The notes under the pieces: generated by a model
Databases searched by the model: none
Told to the model about the DNA's origin: nothing
The model's input: the letters and a program-made list of their open reading frames with translations, nothing else
Source: Azolla caroliniana
Lineage: Eukaryota > Plantae > Polypodiophyta
Direction: 5' to 3'
Assembly (NCBI GenBank): GCA_043228905.1
Contig: JBHGNT010000031.1
Coordinates: 1 to 64,000 of the forward strand
Length of the DNA: 64,000 nucleotides
Made by a program: the position numbers and the translations under genes
In this document: positions 34,704 through 47,725 of the stretch, in pieces
Position numbering within the stretch: the stretch's first letter is position 1
Layout: each line of letters opens with the position of its first letter

Positions 34704-35675
34704 TCATCGTAGCCGAAATCTCACTTTCTCTCTTCTTGGCACGTACCGGAGGACGTGCGGTTTGGTGGGGGTGGATGTCGTGAAGATTTTCGGCAATAGT
34801 GTGAAAATCCCATAAAACGTACGAAATCGAGTAAGAATCACATAATACAATAATTGTGAAGATAACATTTTTAATATCTAAGTACAAAATGATGGAGGTT
34901 TCGAATGCACTTTATTACATGCGAAATGGACAACTAAATGTCAAGATATGAGGGTATAAAGTTTGTGAAAAGAAAAGAGAAAATTGTGAGATATCCCACA
35001 TAGGCACGACAAATACGGCTCTCATCATATATAAGGTGGAGCAAAAGATATTATCTTTGTGTCTATATGTGGAGCATAGAGAGTTCAAGGTAACTTGAAC
35101 TAAGAGTGGAGGTGGGCTAGCTACTCATAAAGGGTTTTGGCCAACCAAAACGGCACCGACATCCGGTGACGGCATCCGGCGAGGCACCGGTATCCGGCGG
35201 CATCCGACGACGGCACCGGTGTTACCCGTTCCTTTGGGCGAACACCTTCGATAGATCTGCGACTATCGGTCTTCAAGGGCGTGGTACGTGAAGGCTCGTA
35301 CAGAGGCGTTGAGAGAGATACAGGGTTCAGAGAGAAAACACTAGCGAGGTTTTGATAGACGTGGCGGCGTGAAACTCATAGGTATAGATCGAAACACAGA
35401 ATCATGCAACCAAAATAGGCACAAATAATATGTATTACTATGGCAGAAAGGATTACAGAACACGGCCTATGGCCGGTGACCTTACAAGTTTATCTAATTC
35501 GAATGACTAAGCTAGTGCTTCTGCCAATAATTTTCTTCTCTCCCTTTCTAAGGTACTGTTCCTCGTTTAAATAACTTTTCCCCTTACACACAGCCGAGCC
35601 CTTGGTGGCCCGTGACACTCGGACTCGGCGTCTGCTAATTTCCTAATTTTACATTTCTGTCCTCCGGACAACACC

Positions 35676-35762
35676 TGGCACGCCCGTGGGACAGGACCTT
35701 GTCTGTCGGACCCACGACCTTCAAAATACTAACAATATTACAAAAATGGCCTTTTAGGCGTG
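35676..35762 (-). other. tRNA-like element in place of PPT (element B)
   Basis: Minus strand CACGCCT...AAGGTCGTGGGTCCGA...GTCCCACGGGCGTGCCA-GG then LTR. Confidence 0.7.
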
Positions 35763-35771
35763 ATCCTCGTT

Positions 35772-38484
35772 TCATTCCTCCTTTAAGATGTCGAGGATGC
35801 TTTCGGGGTCCGGGGTGGCGGCAAGGTGGTCTGGTTGGACTGTTGGTGCGGGGGGTTGAGTTTGGTCCGAGGGTGGCATATCTTCTCGGGCGTCCGCCTC
35901 GGGTGCAGCCGATTCTTCTGGTGGGGGTGTGGGTTCGTGGGCACTGGCCTCTCCTTTGACAAGCTCTGGTACCGTGTGGACGTCCATGGGATGCCCGTTG
36001 GTCGGGGCAAGTTCCTCCTATGCCGTGTCCGTGATCTCCTCGCTGGGAGGTTCTTCTTTCTGCTCTGTGGCCGTTGGAGGGCTGATGGAGATGGCAGCGA
36101 GTCGTTCTCGTTCGAAGGCTTCTGCTTCCAGGCGAAACAACATCTGACCGTCATTGAAGTCCTCCATTATTTGCTCGAGTGCCGCGGTGTGAGATTTTGC
36201 CAAGGACTGGTAATCCTCGGTTAAATCTACACACAGATTTTGAATGCTGGCTTCGTCCATTTTGTAGAAGCCGCGGCCCTCCTTCCGTCGGTTCTCGGCG
36301 TCGGCGTGTAAAATATGCAATTCGGCAGCTTGGGCTGCCCATTCGTCTCCTGCGCGACTTAATGTTTCCTCGACCTTTTTGGTGAGGTGTTGGCGCTGTT
36401 TCTCGAGCAGTATGCGGATGCGTGTCTCATCCATGTCGGACTGTGCTCGGATGGCTGCTAATGACGGGAACCCAACGTTCCTTATGCGCAACACTCGGCC
36501 ACAACCGAGCTTAGAATGATACACAAAAAACAGGAAATAAAACGCGACACAAAGAAGGAGAGAATACAGAGGAGGTTTACGTGGAAAACCCCAAACTAGG
36601 GGAAAAACCACGGCAGCCCACAGGCTGCAAACTGTCACTATGTAGGAATATACAACAGTGAGTTCACTGAGGCACCGACCTCGTGCTCACAAATCTTCGC
36701 CACAAGCAACGGTTACAACAGAGGCAACGACCTCTTTCTCTCTCTCTCTCTCTCTCTGTACAGTTACGCACACTAATCTCGTGCAAAACAGAAAATGACA
36801 ACCACATTTAAAAGTTTGCCCTAAGTCATATTTATACTAATATAACTTTTCGGCTATTTACAAATATAGCCTCGATGGGCTCTCAGAAACATATTTACGA
36901 ATATGTCTCTTCCTCCGGTTCTCACCGGTTCTGCACCATCCGGCTCTCCGTAGCCGGGTACTCCTCATCCGGTTCACACCGGGCCTGCACCATCCGGCTC
37001 TCCGTAGCCGAGTTTGTTCATCGACACTGTTCTTCTCCCTTCCCATCCGGAGGGATCTGTCTCCCAACAGCTAATTCCTGTTTTAAGCCGTCGACCTCGG
37101 CCTGAAACTTCTGTGTCTTTAGCTCATAGATGGTCTGACTGTTCTTTGCATCCATGGTTACGAGCTGGAGAGCCTGCTCGTAACGCTTCGTGAGTTCTTC
37201 GGTGGCCTGCTCCCATTCTTTCTGACACGTGGCCCGGATTTGTTCCCGTTCGACGATTCTCTCTTCTTGTAGGGCGAAGTAGGAATCTGATAAGGCCTCT
37301 TTTTGCTCGGAAAGTAGCTTGCACTTAATGAAAAACTCGTCAGCCATCTCTTTAAGGGTCGTACGCTGACTCTGCAGCTCGGCATTCTCCGCGTTCATCC
37401 TCTCCTCCCATTCGCGATTTCTTTCCTCCTGCCGTTGGTTCCAGTCGTGGGCATTGTCGAGCGCGGCCTGTAGGTCTAGAACCTCCGTCTCTTTCTTCAC
37501 TACTATGGCTGCGTATTCCTCCACCTTGCTTTTGAGTTCGGCTTCCTTGGCCGCGGCTTGCGCTTGTACCCGGCCCAATGCTTCGTGCTACTCGTGTATC
37601 CTTTGGTTGGCCTGGGCTCTTATCTCGGCCATCTGCTTGGAAGCTTCTTCTTTTAGGCGAGCCATCGCTTCTTGATGTCGTTGCTCGTGTCTCTCGGTTC
37701 GCCGTTGTTCTTCTTTAAGCTCTGCACGGTAATCCCGGAGCGGGGGTTCTGTCTGGGTTGCCACCTCCTTGGTTGGTGCAGTTAGTTTGAGTTGCTCCAC
37801 GGCCGTGGCCGCCTCGGTTGTTGTGCAGGCATCGATCATTTGTAACGAATCCGTTTGTGTACTGGCCTGCACCTTCAGGATGGAGTCGGTGATGGTGCTT
37901 CCATCCATCATCGTTATGCGTGGAGGCGTTGGGAGACCCTCGGTAGTCGTTACCGGAAGGCTCGAGACTTGATGTTCCAGCCGGTTTTGCTCCCAGGCTG
38001 CCAACTTCTGGTTCGCAGCGTGCCATAGCTCTGTAGCCATCTTAGCCTGTTTTTGGGCTACTTTTATCTTTCGGGCCATGTCTTTGGTTGCCCGCGTAGT
38101 GCGATCTAGGTCCCGATATGCCTTGATAAGGGTCGTGTTCAACTCGGGGACCTCCATGAGGAGAGCGGCCTGTTTTGCCTGCTTCTTCCTCCCGATTTTT
38201 TGTAAAGCCCTGTCCTCCTGGGGCTCAATTTCACCTATTAGCGCGCGTTGAACCATTTTTGTTTCGGCGTGCTCTTCCGCCATCCGAGCGGCTGCCGCGA
38301 CTTGGGCTCTGGCGAGGAAGTCGACCAGCTCGAATGACGTACCAAGGCGGAGGAGCACACTAAATTCGTAAGCCTCAGCGGGGAGATCCTTATACCCGAG
38401 GACTTCATCCTCCGAGATCTGTGTTGTCTGCCCATGCTCGATCGTTCCCTGGTTCAGCGATGCCTCCGTAGGGGTGATAGCCAA
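35772..38484 (-). pseudogene. B extra ORF3 (long coiled-coil, Pro-rich tail), interrupted by solo LTR
   Basis: ORFs 37588-38484, 37018-37578 and 35772-36456; homologous to A 9967-11917. Confidence 0.75.
36462..37069 (-). mobile_element. Solo LTR related to copia F
   Basis: Reverse-complement similar to 14223-14929; TSD GCTAA on both sides. Confidence 0.92.
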
Positions 38485-38490
38485 GTTGCT

Positions 38491-39460
38491 CTATCTGACC
38501 ACTAAGGCTTGCTCCTGTTGTGGCTCCTTCCGTTCTTCCGAGGACTCGCGGTTGAGTCGTCTTCTTTTGCCTGGCTGTGGTTGGGGTTCCGGGGCCGGTA
38601 GTGTTGTTTCCTCCGCCTGCTTCCTTTTCTGTGGTCGTGGTGGTGCAACCTGTTGTGTGTTGGGGCGTGGGCTAGGTCCTGGGGACATTACTGAGGGCCG
38701 CGACGTTGGCTGTCGAATGGTGACGTCATCAGCTGTGTTGTCTTCCGCGGCTACCTCCCCCTCCCAGTCTTGGCAGGTCTCCGAAACTACCCTTTTTTGT
38801 TGGGGTTGAGCGGGTGGTGGTGCAGATGCGGTTGTCTGGTCGGCGGCAGGGGGTGAAGGCGATGTGGGCTCCTCCCAGGCTTCGTGGCTGATGGCCACGA
38901 ATTTCTCTCTCTGCCTTCGTGGTGGTGGTGGGGACGTGCGTGCGCGAGGGGAAGGAAGCGAAGAGGGTGGGTATAACACCATCAAAAAGTGGGTAAGAAC
39001 AGACAACATCTTCTTACCGGACTGAAATGAAGCTGAGGCAACGCGGAGTCCTTCGCATGTGATGACTCCCCAATCGATTCTGTTTCCTTCATAAGTGTTG
39101 ATGATGATGGCCGCCTTGTTCTGCGGCATGCTCGTTGGGTTCGTATGCACAAACGATACGCGCAATCTCCCCGAAAGCTTTGTTGGGCCCGCCATACGTG
39201 CGATATGCCTTCCCTGTGGCTGAGTACTCCCTGAAGTACGCCTTCATCTTTGATGCCGGGGGTATGTCGACCTCATGGTCCCCTCCCCGTTGCAGGTCCA
39301 AAACAGCCCGAAGCACGTTGTTGGTGATGGCTTCGGGACTTATACGTTTCGCCACATTTTGGGCATCTGGGTGCGCGGGGGCATCGATGATCTTCAGATA
39401 ACCGCCCATTCCTCGTTCCTGGAGCCAGGCACGGGTTTCGGCTGAGGCGGTAAGCGGCAT
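38491..39460 (-). pseudogene. B extra ORF2 (Athila ORF2/'env-like' position)
   Basis: MPLTASAETRAWLQERG...YEGNRIDWG; homologous to A 47135-47725; one frameshift. Confidence 0.7.
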
Positions 39461-39992
39461 AGTGGAGATGGAAGCTGGGTTCGACTGTGTGGAAGCGTGA
39501 AGCAAAGTGATGAGGCGAGGGCGAGCTACCGCAGGAGCAGCAGGAAGTGGAAGTCCAGCAGAGAGGTTATGAGAGCAGAAGAGGGCTTGAGAGCAAGAGC
39601 GCTTAGTGTGTTGAGAGCGAGATGGGGTTTCTGATCTTGAGAGCAATGGAGATGGAGAGCGATAATGGTCTGTGCTGCGATTTGGAAATGGTTTTGGTAA
39701 CTTCTTCCTAGGGTTTTGTACCTGCAGCAAATCCTAAAGATTCTGAGTCGTGGGTGCCATAATAAGTGACTAGCACCACGTGTCCTGAAGGTGAGTGGGG
39801 TGCTTCTAGTGTGCCTTGCATGTGGTTTGCATGTGTGAACAGTTTAAATAGGTATTAACTGAGTGGTGGCGAGGAGTGCTCCTAAAAGTGGGGTGCCTAG
39901 GTGGGTGGTGTAGGTGTAGCTAAACAGTGGCTAAACTATGGTTAATCCTACCTACTATTACTTTTATGAATTTCCAGAAGGTGGGTGAGTCC

Positions 39993-42900
39993 TTATTCAG
40001 GGGGACCCGTGGCGTCCTCCGTGGTGATCTCCCGAGTCTCGTTGGTGCCATGTGGCTTGGTAAATGGGTTGGGTGGTGTAGTCCCGCGATATGGTCTAAG
40101 CCGAAACCCATTGGCCCAGCTTTTGACCGTGTCGCCGGCGAGTGTGCCGAGCAGGAACGTCCCGTTGAACTCGTCGATAATCCAGAATGGACCGGTCCAT
40201 CGAAATCTTAATTTTCCCGGCATTGACCCGAGTCGTGTTTGGAAAAGAAGGACTGGTTTGCCGATGGTGAGCTCCTTCTCCAGCCCGTGTCGATGTCGAT
40301 CCACGAAAGCCTTGCGTTGCCGTTGGCGTTGTTCGAGCTGGGCCATACTCTCTATCCTAGCTTCCCCGAGTTCGAGGAGTTGTTCCAGCCGGTTTTGTTC
40401 GGATTCGGCCTCGGGGAGCCGTGCTTTGACTTGAACTCTGAGGCTCGGGACTTGGAACTCGACAGGCATTACAGCTTCTAACCCGAACGCCATTCGAAAG
40501 GGGGTTGATTGGATGCTTGTTTTGAAGGTCGTACGATACGCCCACAGCGCGCTCTGGAGTTTGTCATCCCAATCGGTCCTGTTTTCATTGACGATCTTCT
40601 TCAATATGGTTTGGAGGATTTTATTTGTCGATTCTGCCAAACCGTTCGCCTGCGGGTAGTATGGTGTGCTTTTCTTGTGCACCACCGCGTAGTGGTGTGT
40701 AAGCTCACGTATTATATGATTGATGAAGTGCCCACCTTGGTCACTAACGAGCTCGATTGGACATCTGTAACGGCTCCAGAGGTGCTCGTACACAAATTTA
40801 GTCGTAGATGCCGTCGTGTTATCTCGGAGTGCCTTAGCCTCGACCCATTTGGTGCAGTAATCCGTGGCCACGATAATATATCGATTCCCTGTTCGGGCCG
40901 CGGGTGGTTTGAAAGGACCTACAAAATCTAAACCCCATTTTTGAAATGGGTCCAACGGAAGAATCAGCTGGTGTGGCATCCGTGACTGTTCCCTTGGTTG
41001 CCCCAGACGTTGACACAAATCGCATTGCCGGCAAAACTCGTGAGCGTCTTTCTTTGTTGTCGGCCACCATAATCCACTTTGCCAAACTTTCCTTGCCGTA
41101 GAATCCCCGGCGTAGTGTCCCCCAGATACTCCCTGGTGGGCTTCCTAAAGAACAGCATTCTTCTCGAACTGCCGAATCGCTCGGCGCCATATGCCGTCCG
41201 AGCCTTTGTGGTAGAGAATGTCCGAGACGAGGCAAAAATTCCGACTCCGCACTGCTAGGCGTTTTTTCGTGTCAAGGGTCATGTGCTCCAGAGGTACACC
41301 GGTAGTGAGAAAATTGGTCATCTCCGTGATCCATTCATCTCCGTTATCGTCTGGTACCGAGGTCAGGTTAAATAGGCTAGCGTCCGGTAGCTCGTCGTAC
41401 GTTGTTTTCGCCGGTTCTCCTGACTCAAGACGGCTCAAGTAGTCGGCGACGGCATGTTGTACCCCGAGTCGATGCTGAATCTGAAAATCAAACTCTTGTA
41501 GTAGGAGCATCCATCGAGCCAACCGGCCGGTGAGGGCTTGTTTATTGACCAAATAAAGAAGGGCCGAGTGATCCACGTGAAAGGTAAACTTTCGGCCCGA
41601 GAGATAATGCCGAAATTTATTGATGCTATAAATCATACCGAGAGCCTCTCGCTCGGTGGTGGAGTAATTCTTTTCCGCGGGCGAGAGCCGTCGGCTGGCG
41701 TAGTATACGGGCCTATACCAATTCAGGGGTGTGCATTGCATTAGCGCACTTCCGATGGCGATGTCTGAAGCATCCACGAAGACATGAAACGGTTCGGACC
41801 AAACCGGAGACTAGACCACCGGGGCATGTGACAACATTCGTTTGAGGGTCTGATAGGCCGTGTCCTCGACTGTCGTCCATTGGAAAGGAAAGCGATGGAC
41901 TGCCGCGTGTAAGGGTGTCGCGAAATCGGCCAGGTGTCGTATCATTCGGCTATGCCACCGGATCTGTCCCAAAAAACGGCTTAGTGCCTTAGCGTTCGAG
42001 GGTGCGGTGGCCTCCAGGATTGCCTTTACTTTATCCGGGTCCATAGCAATGCCTTCTTGACTAACAATGTGGCCGAGAAGGTTGCCGTTGGTGACTAAGA
42101 ATGCGCATTTCGCCAGGTTTAAACTCAATCGAGCTTGGCGACATCGATCCAGGTAGAGTCGTAACTGGGTCATGTGTTCCCGTCGATGGCCATACACGGC
42201 GAAATCGTCGAGAAAAACTTGCATGAACGCCGGAATGTAGTCATGAAAGATTTCAGTGATGATGCGCTGGAACGTAGCCGGCGCTGTTTTTAGACCGAAC
42301 ATCATCACTTCTGCTACAAACACACCCCATTCCGTGACGAAAGCGGTTTTCTCCTGATCCTCCGGGTGCATTCTTATCTGGTTATAGCCGCTGAACCCGT
42401 CGAGGAAACTGTAGCATTGGTGGCCTGCTACCGTGTCGAGGACGCTATCCGTGAATGGGAGAGGGAAACCGTCGGTGACTGTTGCCGCGTTAAGCTTCCG
42501 ATAGTCGACACAGACGCGGATTTTTCTGTTCTTCTTTGGGACCACTACGATCGGGCTCAACCATGTAGCCCGTTTAACAGGGCGAATGAAGCCCACTCGG
42601 AGTAACTTGTCAATTTCCTCTTTGACTTTAGCGGGGTAGTTGGGGTTCATCCTGTAGCGCCTCTGTTGAACCGGCCGAGTGTCGGGTAAGATGTGAATTT
42701 GATGTTGGTAGTACTGAGGATCCAACCCCTTCATATCGGTGTAAGACCAAGCGAAAACATCTTGGTAGTCGGTGAGTAATTTTACAAGGCATGCCCGTTC
42801 GCCGGTTGGTAGATTATTGGCAATTTGTACCGTACGGGGATTCTCGTCCGAACCGAGGTTTATTGTTTCTAGGGTTGATGCTTTCACTCGTGAAACGGCG

Positions 42901-45400
42901 AGTTCGCGTTCGAAAGCCTCCCGAGCATGACGTAGCTCGGCCACTGTGGTTGCATTGGGTTCATCCTGGGTTGGTGACTCTTCCATGACTTCCTCGTCTT
43001 TAGATGGCTCGATGGTTGGTAAGGCATTGATTTCGAAGAGAGGAATGATCGTGGGATGATCATCTACGAAGTCATCGACCTCCGCATCGGCCAATCCGTC
43101 GAGCATATGGACTCCTTCCGCGTATAACGGCGAAGTATTGAGGGCGACGGGGACTCGTTCTTCAGTGATGATCCGGACTTTTGTCTTCCCTTTTCGGAAT
43201 GAGATCATGTTGCACTGCCAATGATGCTTGATATTCGTTGTACGCAACCACGGTCGACCTAGTAACATTGGGTAGGCACCTTGTGTCTCCAGTCGTAGCA
43301 CGACGGCCGAGATCGTGAACATGTGTCCTCTGAGTGTGAAGTCGAGATGCGGATTAAACCAATGGGGCGAACGGAGCAAGTGTCGGCCATCCGAAGCCAA
43401 AAGGGGCATGGTTCCCATTGATTCAGGCCGAGTTTGAGACACGTTGATTCGCTAATCACGTTTACACCGGACCCGCCGTCGATGATGCATCCTTGCAGGT
43501 CTTGTCCCTTAATGATGATTCGTACGACTGGGTTCTGAGAATCCATGAGTGGTGGACCAGTACCTGCGTCGGTGAGGTGTACCGGTGGTGTCTCGGTCTT
43601 AGTATTGGCTTGTAGTGCCGCCAGGGTGTCCCGAAATCTCGGCATGAGTGGTAGCAGTTTATGTAAGGGCAGCGAGATGCGGGAATTGGTAAGCGCATCA
43701 CATAGTTGGTCATCCTCCGACGACGTGGGTGGGGCCGAGGTGTGTGGTACTTTACTGGGCCCGTCCCTCATGTCAGTTTGCATGCGTGCGGCATTATTTT
43801 TATTGGCCGTGTCGACCCATTCTTTTGCTACCTGTCGTACTTCATCTTGGATTTGCCACTGAGTAGGCTGTGCTTTACTCCGGGTAGTGACCGTTTGCAC
43901 ATCGGCCATGATATTGTTTACCGCGGGTGCCTTGCCACGGTTGGTTGCCGGACATTGCGTGGCGTAGTGGCCTGGTTGGTTACATTCAAAACATGTCACG
44001 TTGGCCGAGTTGCTGGTGTCTACTCGGTCTGTGTGTGGGAGCTGTTGTTGTGGATCCTCGGTCTCGTTTAGTGAAGGGTTGTTCCGAGGTGTGTTGGAGT
44101 TGCGTTGGTCCTATTGAGGAGCGTCCCGTCGGCGGTTGTGATTAGGTCTTCTGTTGTTGCATGTGTTACGATTGCCGTTTCGCCGATCCATGCGTGAGTT
44201 CCTTCGGTCATACCGATCATCGCGATCGTCATCGTACCGAGCATAATCGTCGTGCCGATCATCGCGATAATAATCACGGCGATTATCACGTTGGTAGTCG
44301 TCGTTTCGGTGCCATCGATCCGGGGATCGCGATTGGTCCTTATCCTGGTCGCGGTAGATGTATCGCTCGTCGTGCCGAGAGTATGTATTGTGTGGCTCGA
44401 TCTGGCGGACCGGTGCTGTAGTTGTGCGGTTCAGCATATTATATTCGCATTGCTCGACCGTGTGAGATCGAGACTGACAGATCGGACACTGTGGTCGGTG
44501 GGGACATTCGAGGGCCAGGTGCCCTGATCCTGAACACGCAGTGCATTGGAGGGCTTGGTGAAAGCGATTGTCCTCTTGGGGAAGAGTGGTTTGCAAGGAT
44601 GTCATCGAGAAGGTCGTACCGTGCTGATTCCGATCGAGGGCGAGAACGCGCGCTATGACTTGTTCGATAGTATGGTTGGCGAAATTTGTAAGTGCGAGAG
44701 TCGTTCGTAGAGGCTCTCGTAAATTGGATTGAAAAGTGTCCGGTATATGTTGTGCCGAGACATCATCGGCCACTTGTCTGTAGAGGTCCTGGAACCGGAT
44801 CGTGAACTGGGCGACCGTTTCGTGCGGTTCCTGGCATATAGAGAAGAATTGTTGTAGCAATTCCCGTTTAGGCACCTCGCGATGAAAAAGTTCAAGGAAC
44901 TTTGTGCGCACAATTTGGAAAGTGGTGGCCTCTCCTATTTCGAGACGAGAGTACCATCGTGCGGCCGGTCCCTCGAGGGAGAGTGTGAACTCAGCAATCT
45001 TCGATGCATCGATTTCGGCCGGTGTGAGGCGGTGCGTGGAGTGGTTAGCCTGCCACGTGGATATGAAGGCACGGACGTGTGATTCCGCGTCAGGCCTGTC
45101 GGCATATCATGGGTATGGGTACGGCATGATGTCGTATTGTGGTTCTTCTGGTAGCACCAGAAAAGGGTGTGGTTCCAGTTGATTGACCTCAGGAGGGCTC
45201 GACGGGGGCTTTGGTCGTGAATCCACTCGCGATCGAGTGTCCGGTGGCGAGGATTGCACTGGACAAGCCCCCGATTGATCGGGAAACGATTGGTCAGTGA
45301 CCGCCGAGTCGGAAGTTCCTTCGACTGGCTCAGGGCATCGGGCAGGTGGCCGACACCTCGTGGTGCGAGAGGGCGCCGTAACGGCGGCTGGTAGTTACCT
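39993..45400 (-). pseudogene. B gag-pol (gag, PR, RT, RH, IN)
   Basis: Three CCHC knuckles; IIDGGSG; CVDYRKLN; VFLDD; VDAS; WGLDFVGP; YYPQANG; RWTGPF; 5' limit approximate. Confidence 0.92.
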
Positions 45401-45432
45401 TCAACGAAGTTCGCTGTGCACTCACAGCTGTA

Positions 45433-45445
45433 ACCGGGCGTGCCA
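45433..45445 (-). promoter_or_regulatory. PBS of B, tRNA-Arg type
   Basis: Minus strand TGGCACGCCCGGT, 5 nt after the 5' LTR; decayed equivalent in A at 53422-53434. Confidence 0.8.
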
Positions 45446-46568
45446 AATTGTGTTACCCGTTCCTTTGGGCGAACACCTTCGATAGATCTGCGACTATCAG
45501 TCTTCAAGGGCGTGGTACGTGAAGGCTCGTACAGAGGCGTTGAGAGAGATACAGGGTTCAGAGAGAAAACACTAGCGAGGTTTTGATAGACGTGGCGGCG
45601 TGAAACTCATAGGTATAGATCGAAACACAGAATCATGCAACCAAAATAGGCACAAATAATATGTATTACTATGGCAGAAAGGATTACAGAACACGGCCTA
45701 TGGCCGGTGACCTTACAAGTTTATCTAATTCGAATGACTAAGCTAGTGCTTCCGCCTATAATTTTCTTCTCTCCCTTTCTGAGGTATTGTTCCTCATTTA
45801 AATAACTTTTCCCCTTACACACAGCCGAGCCCTTGGTGGCCCGTGACACTCGGACTCGGCGTCTGCTAATTTCCTAATTTTACATTTCTGTCCTCCGGAC
45901 AACAACCGGTAACCGACGGCATCCGGCGACGGCATCTGGCGAGGCACCGGTAACCGACGGCATCCGGTGACGGCATCCGGCGACTATATAAATAAATATA
46001 TAAATATATATACAAATATACATATACAAGGAGGGGAAGTAAGGATTCGAACCTTGCACCTCCGAGTTATGAGTCAATTGGCTTACCATTAAGCCATGCT
46101 ATTTAGTTGAAATTATATTTCTATCATTGTACTTTTACATGTAAATTCTCATACATGAGAGCTAAAATGAGTGACATGGTTATCATGCACCACATGTAAT
46201 ACATAAGCGCCAAATGGCAAACATGCAATTTATGCATGTCTTGTACCCTCACATGCATCATATGCATGAGAGCATCTATAAAAGAAGGAAGGGGGAGGAG
46301 AAAAAACACGGTTTTTTTTTATGAAAATTAAGAGGAAGAAATTCGTTATCAAATTGATCGTGTAACTTGTTTCTTAAACCTAAAGTTAAAAGTTCAATCA
46401 ATCTCTCTCAATCGTGTGATCTCAACTTCTCTCTTTCCCAATCTATCTTAAGTACTTTCTCGCTAAAGCTTGCGCCAAAGCTTGTACCGACTTTGAATCC
46501 TTCCAGTCCAGAACCCCGGCGGTTCCGCCTCACGATCCGCGCGTAGTGACGGATCTTCACGACAGCGC

Positions 46569-47725
46569 GCGAGGAAATTCATTAACTCGTAAGTTGTGCC
46601 CAGTCAAAGTAGTGTACTGAACTCGTATGCCTCCGCGGGGAGATCTTTGTAACCAAGGACTTCTTCCTCTGATATCTGCGTGGTTTGTCCATGCTTGACC
46701 GTACTGACTTGGAGCCATGACTCCGCTGGTACTATGTCCGTGGAGGTGGGGCTGGCCTCTTTTGATTTCTGACGTTGGTCGCCTTCGGTTTATGTGGTTG
46801 CCTCTCGAATGATGCAGCGTCTTTTTGACGGCTGATCCTGTGCGTCCGGGGCCGGTGGTGTTGGCTCCTCGACCTATTTCCTCTTTTGTTGTCGGATGGT
46901 CGAGGGTTGCTGGCTTGTGGGCCGTGGGCTCGGTTGTGGAGAGGTCATTGATGTCCTTGGTGGCCATTGGCGTATGGTGACATCCTCGGCGATTGCCTCC
47001 TCGGCCTCATCCCATTCGACACGGGTTGTTACCGCCCGTTGTTTTTGTGTTTTTGGTGGGGGTGGGGCCGAGGCAGAAGTGGGGTTCCGAGTGCCTGAGG
47101 GAGGTGGAGAAGATGAGGGGTCTTCCCATTCTTCCTAGGTTATCTCCAACATCTTCTCTCGTTGTTTCCTTGGTGGTGGTGGAGAGGTCAGGATGCGACA
47201 AGGGGAAACCAAGGGAGGTGGGTAGAGAACTGTAAGGAAGTGATTGATCACACGGAACAAACGCTTACTAGTTTGGAAGGATTCGAGCACCGCACGAATT
47301 CCTTCGCCTGTGATGATTCCCCAGTCGATTTTGTTTCCCTCGTAGGCATTGATAATGATCACCACTTTGCTCTGTGGCATACTTGTAGGGTTGGTATGCA
47401 CGAACGCGTACTCCATCAGGATGCGAGCGAGTTCTCTGAATGCCTTGTTGGATCCACCGTAGGTGCGATAGGCTTTACCAGATATGGAATACGCACCAAA
47501 GTATTCCTTCAGGGTCGTGGAAGGGGGAATCTCGACTTCATGATCACCTCCTCGCTTCAAGTCCAAGGCAGCACGAATCATATTGTTGGTGACTGTGTCC
47601 TGGTGAATTCGGCGTACGATCGCTTGGGCATCAGGGTGTGCAGGGGCATCGATCACCTTTAAATAACCACCCAATTCTCGTTCCTGAAGCCAGGAGTAGG
47701 TTTCCTGTGAAGCTGCAAGAGGCAT
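46569..47725 (-). pseudogene. A extra ORF2 and start of ORF3
   Basis: MPLAASQETYSWLQERELGGYL...NKIDWG, homologous to B. Confidence 0.72.

Larger units (their letters stand above)
35220..45904 (-). mobile_element. Element B: Athila-like gypsy related to A, with extra 3' ORFs
   Basis: 454-bp near-identical LTRs 35220-35673 and 45451-45904; TSD ACCGG; PBS 45433-45445. Confidence 0.93.
11918..46564 (+). mobile_element. Element C: tRNA-Trp-primed Ty3/gypsy (Phygy-like, tentative)
   Basis: 5' LTR 11918-12980; 3' LTR 34776-46564 split by B; PBS 12989-13006; PPT-like TGGTGGGGGTGGA 34763-34775; 4-bp TSD GCGC. Confidence 0.9.
34776..46564 (+). repeat. 3' LTR of C split by B (34776-35219 + 45910-46564)
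   Basis: Both halves match 11918-12980. Confidence 0.93.

Noticed and set aside
35676-35692. Calling A and B plus-strand elements from the strong + strand PBS
   Set aside because: All ORFs and LTR TATA boxes are on the minus strand, which has its own PBS; reported as a finding instead
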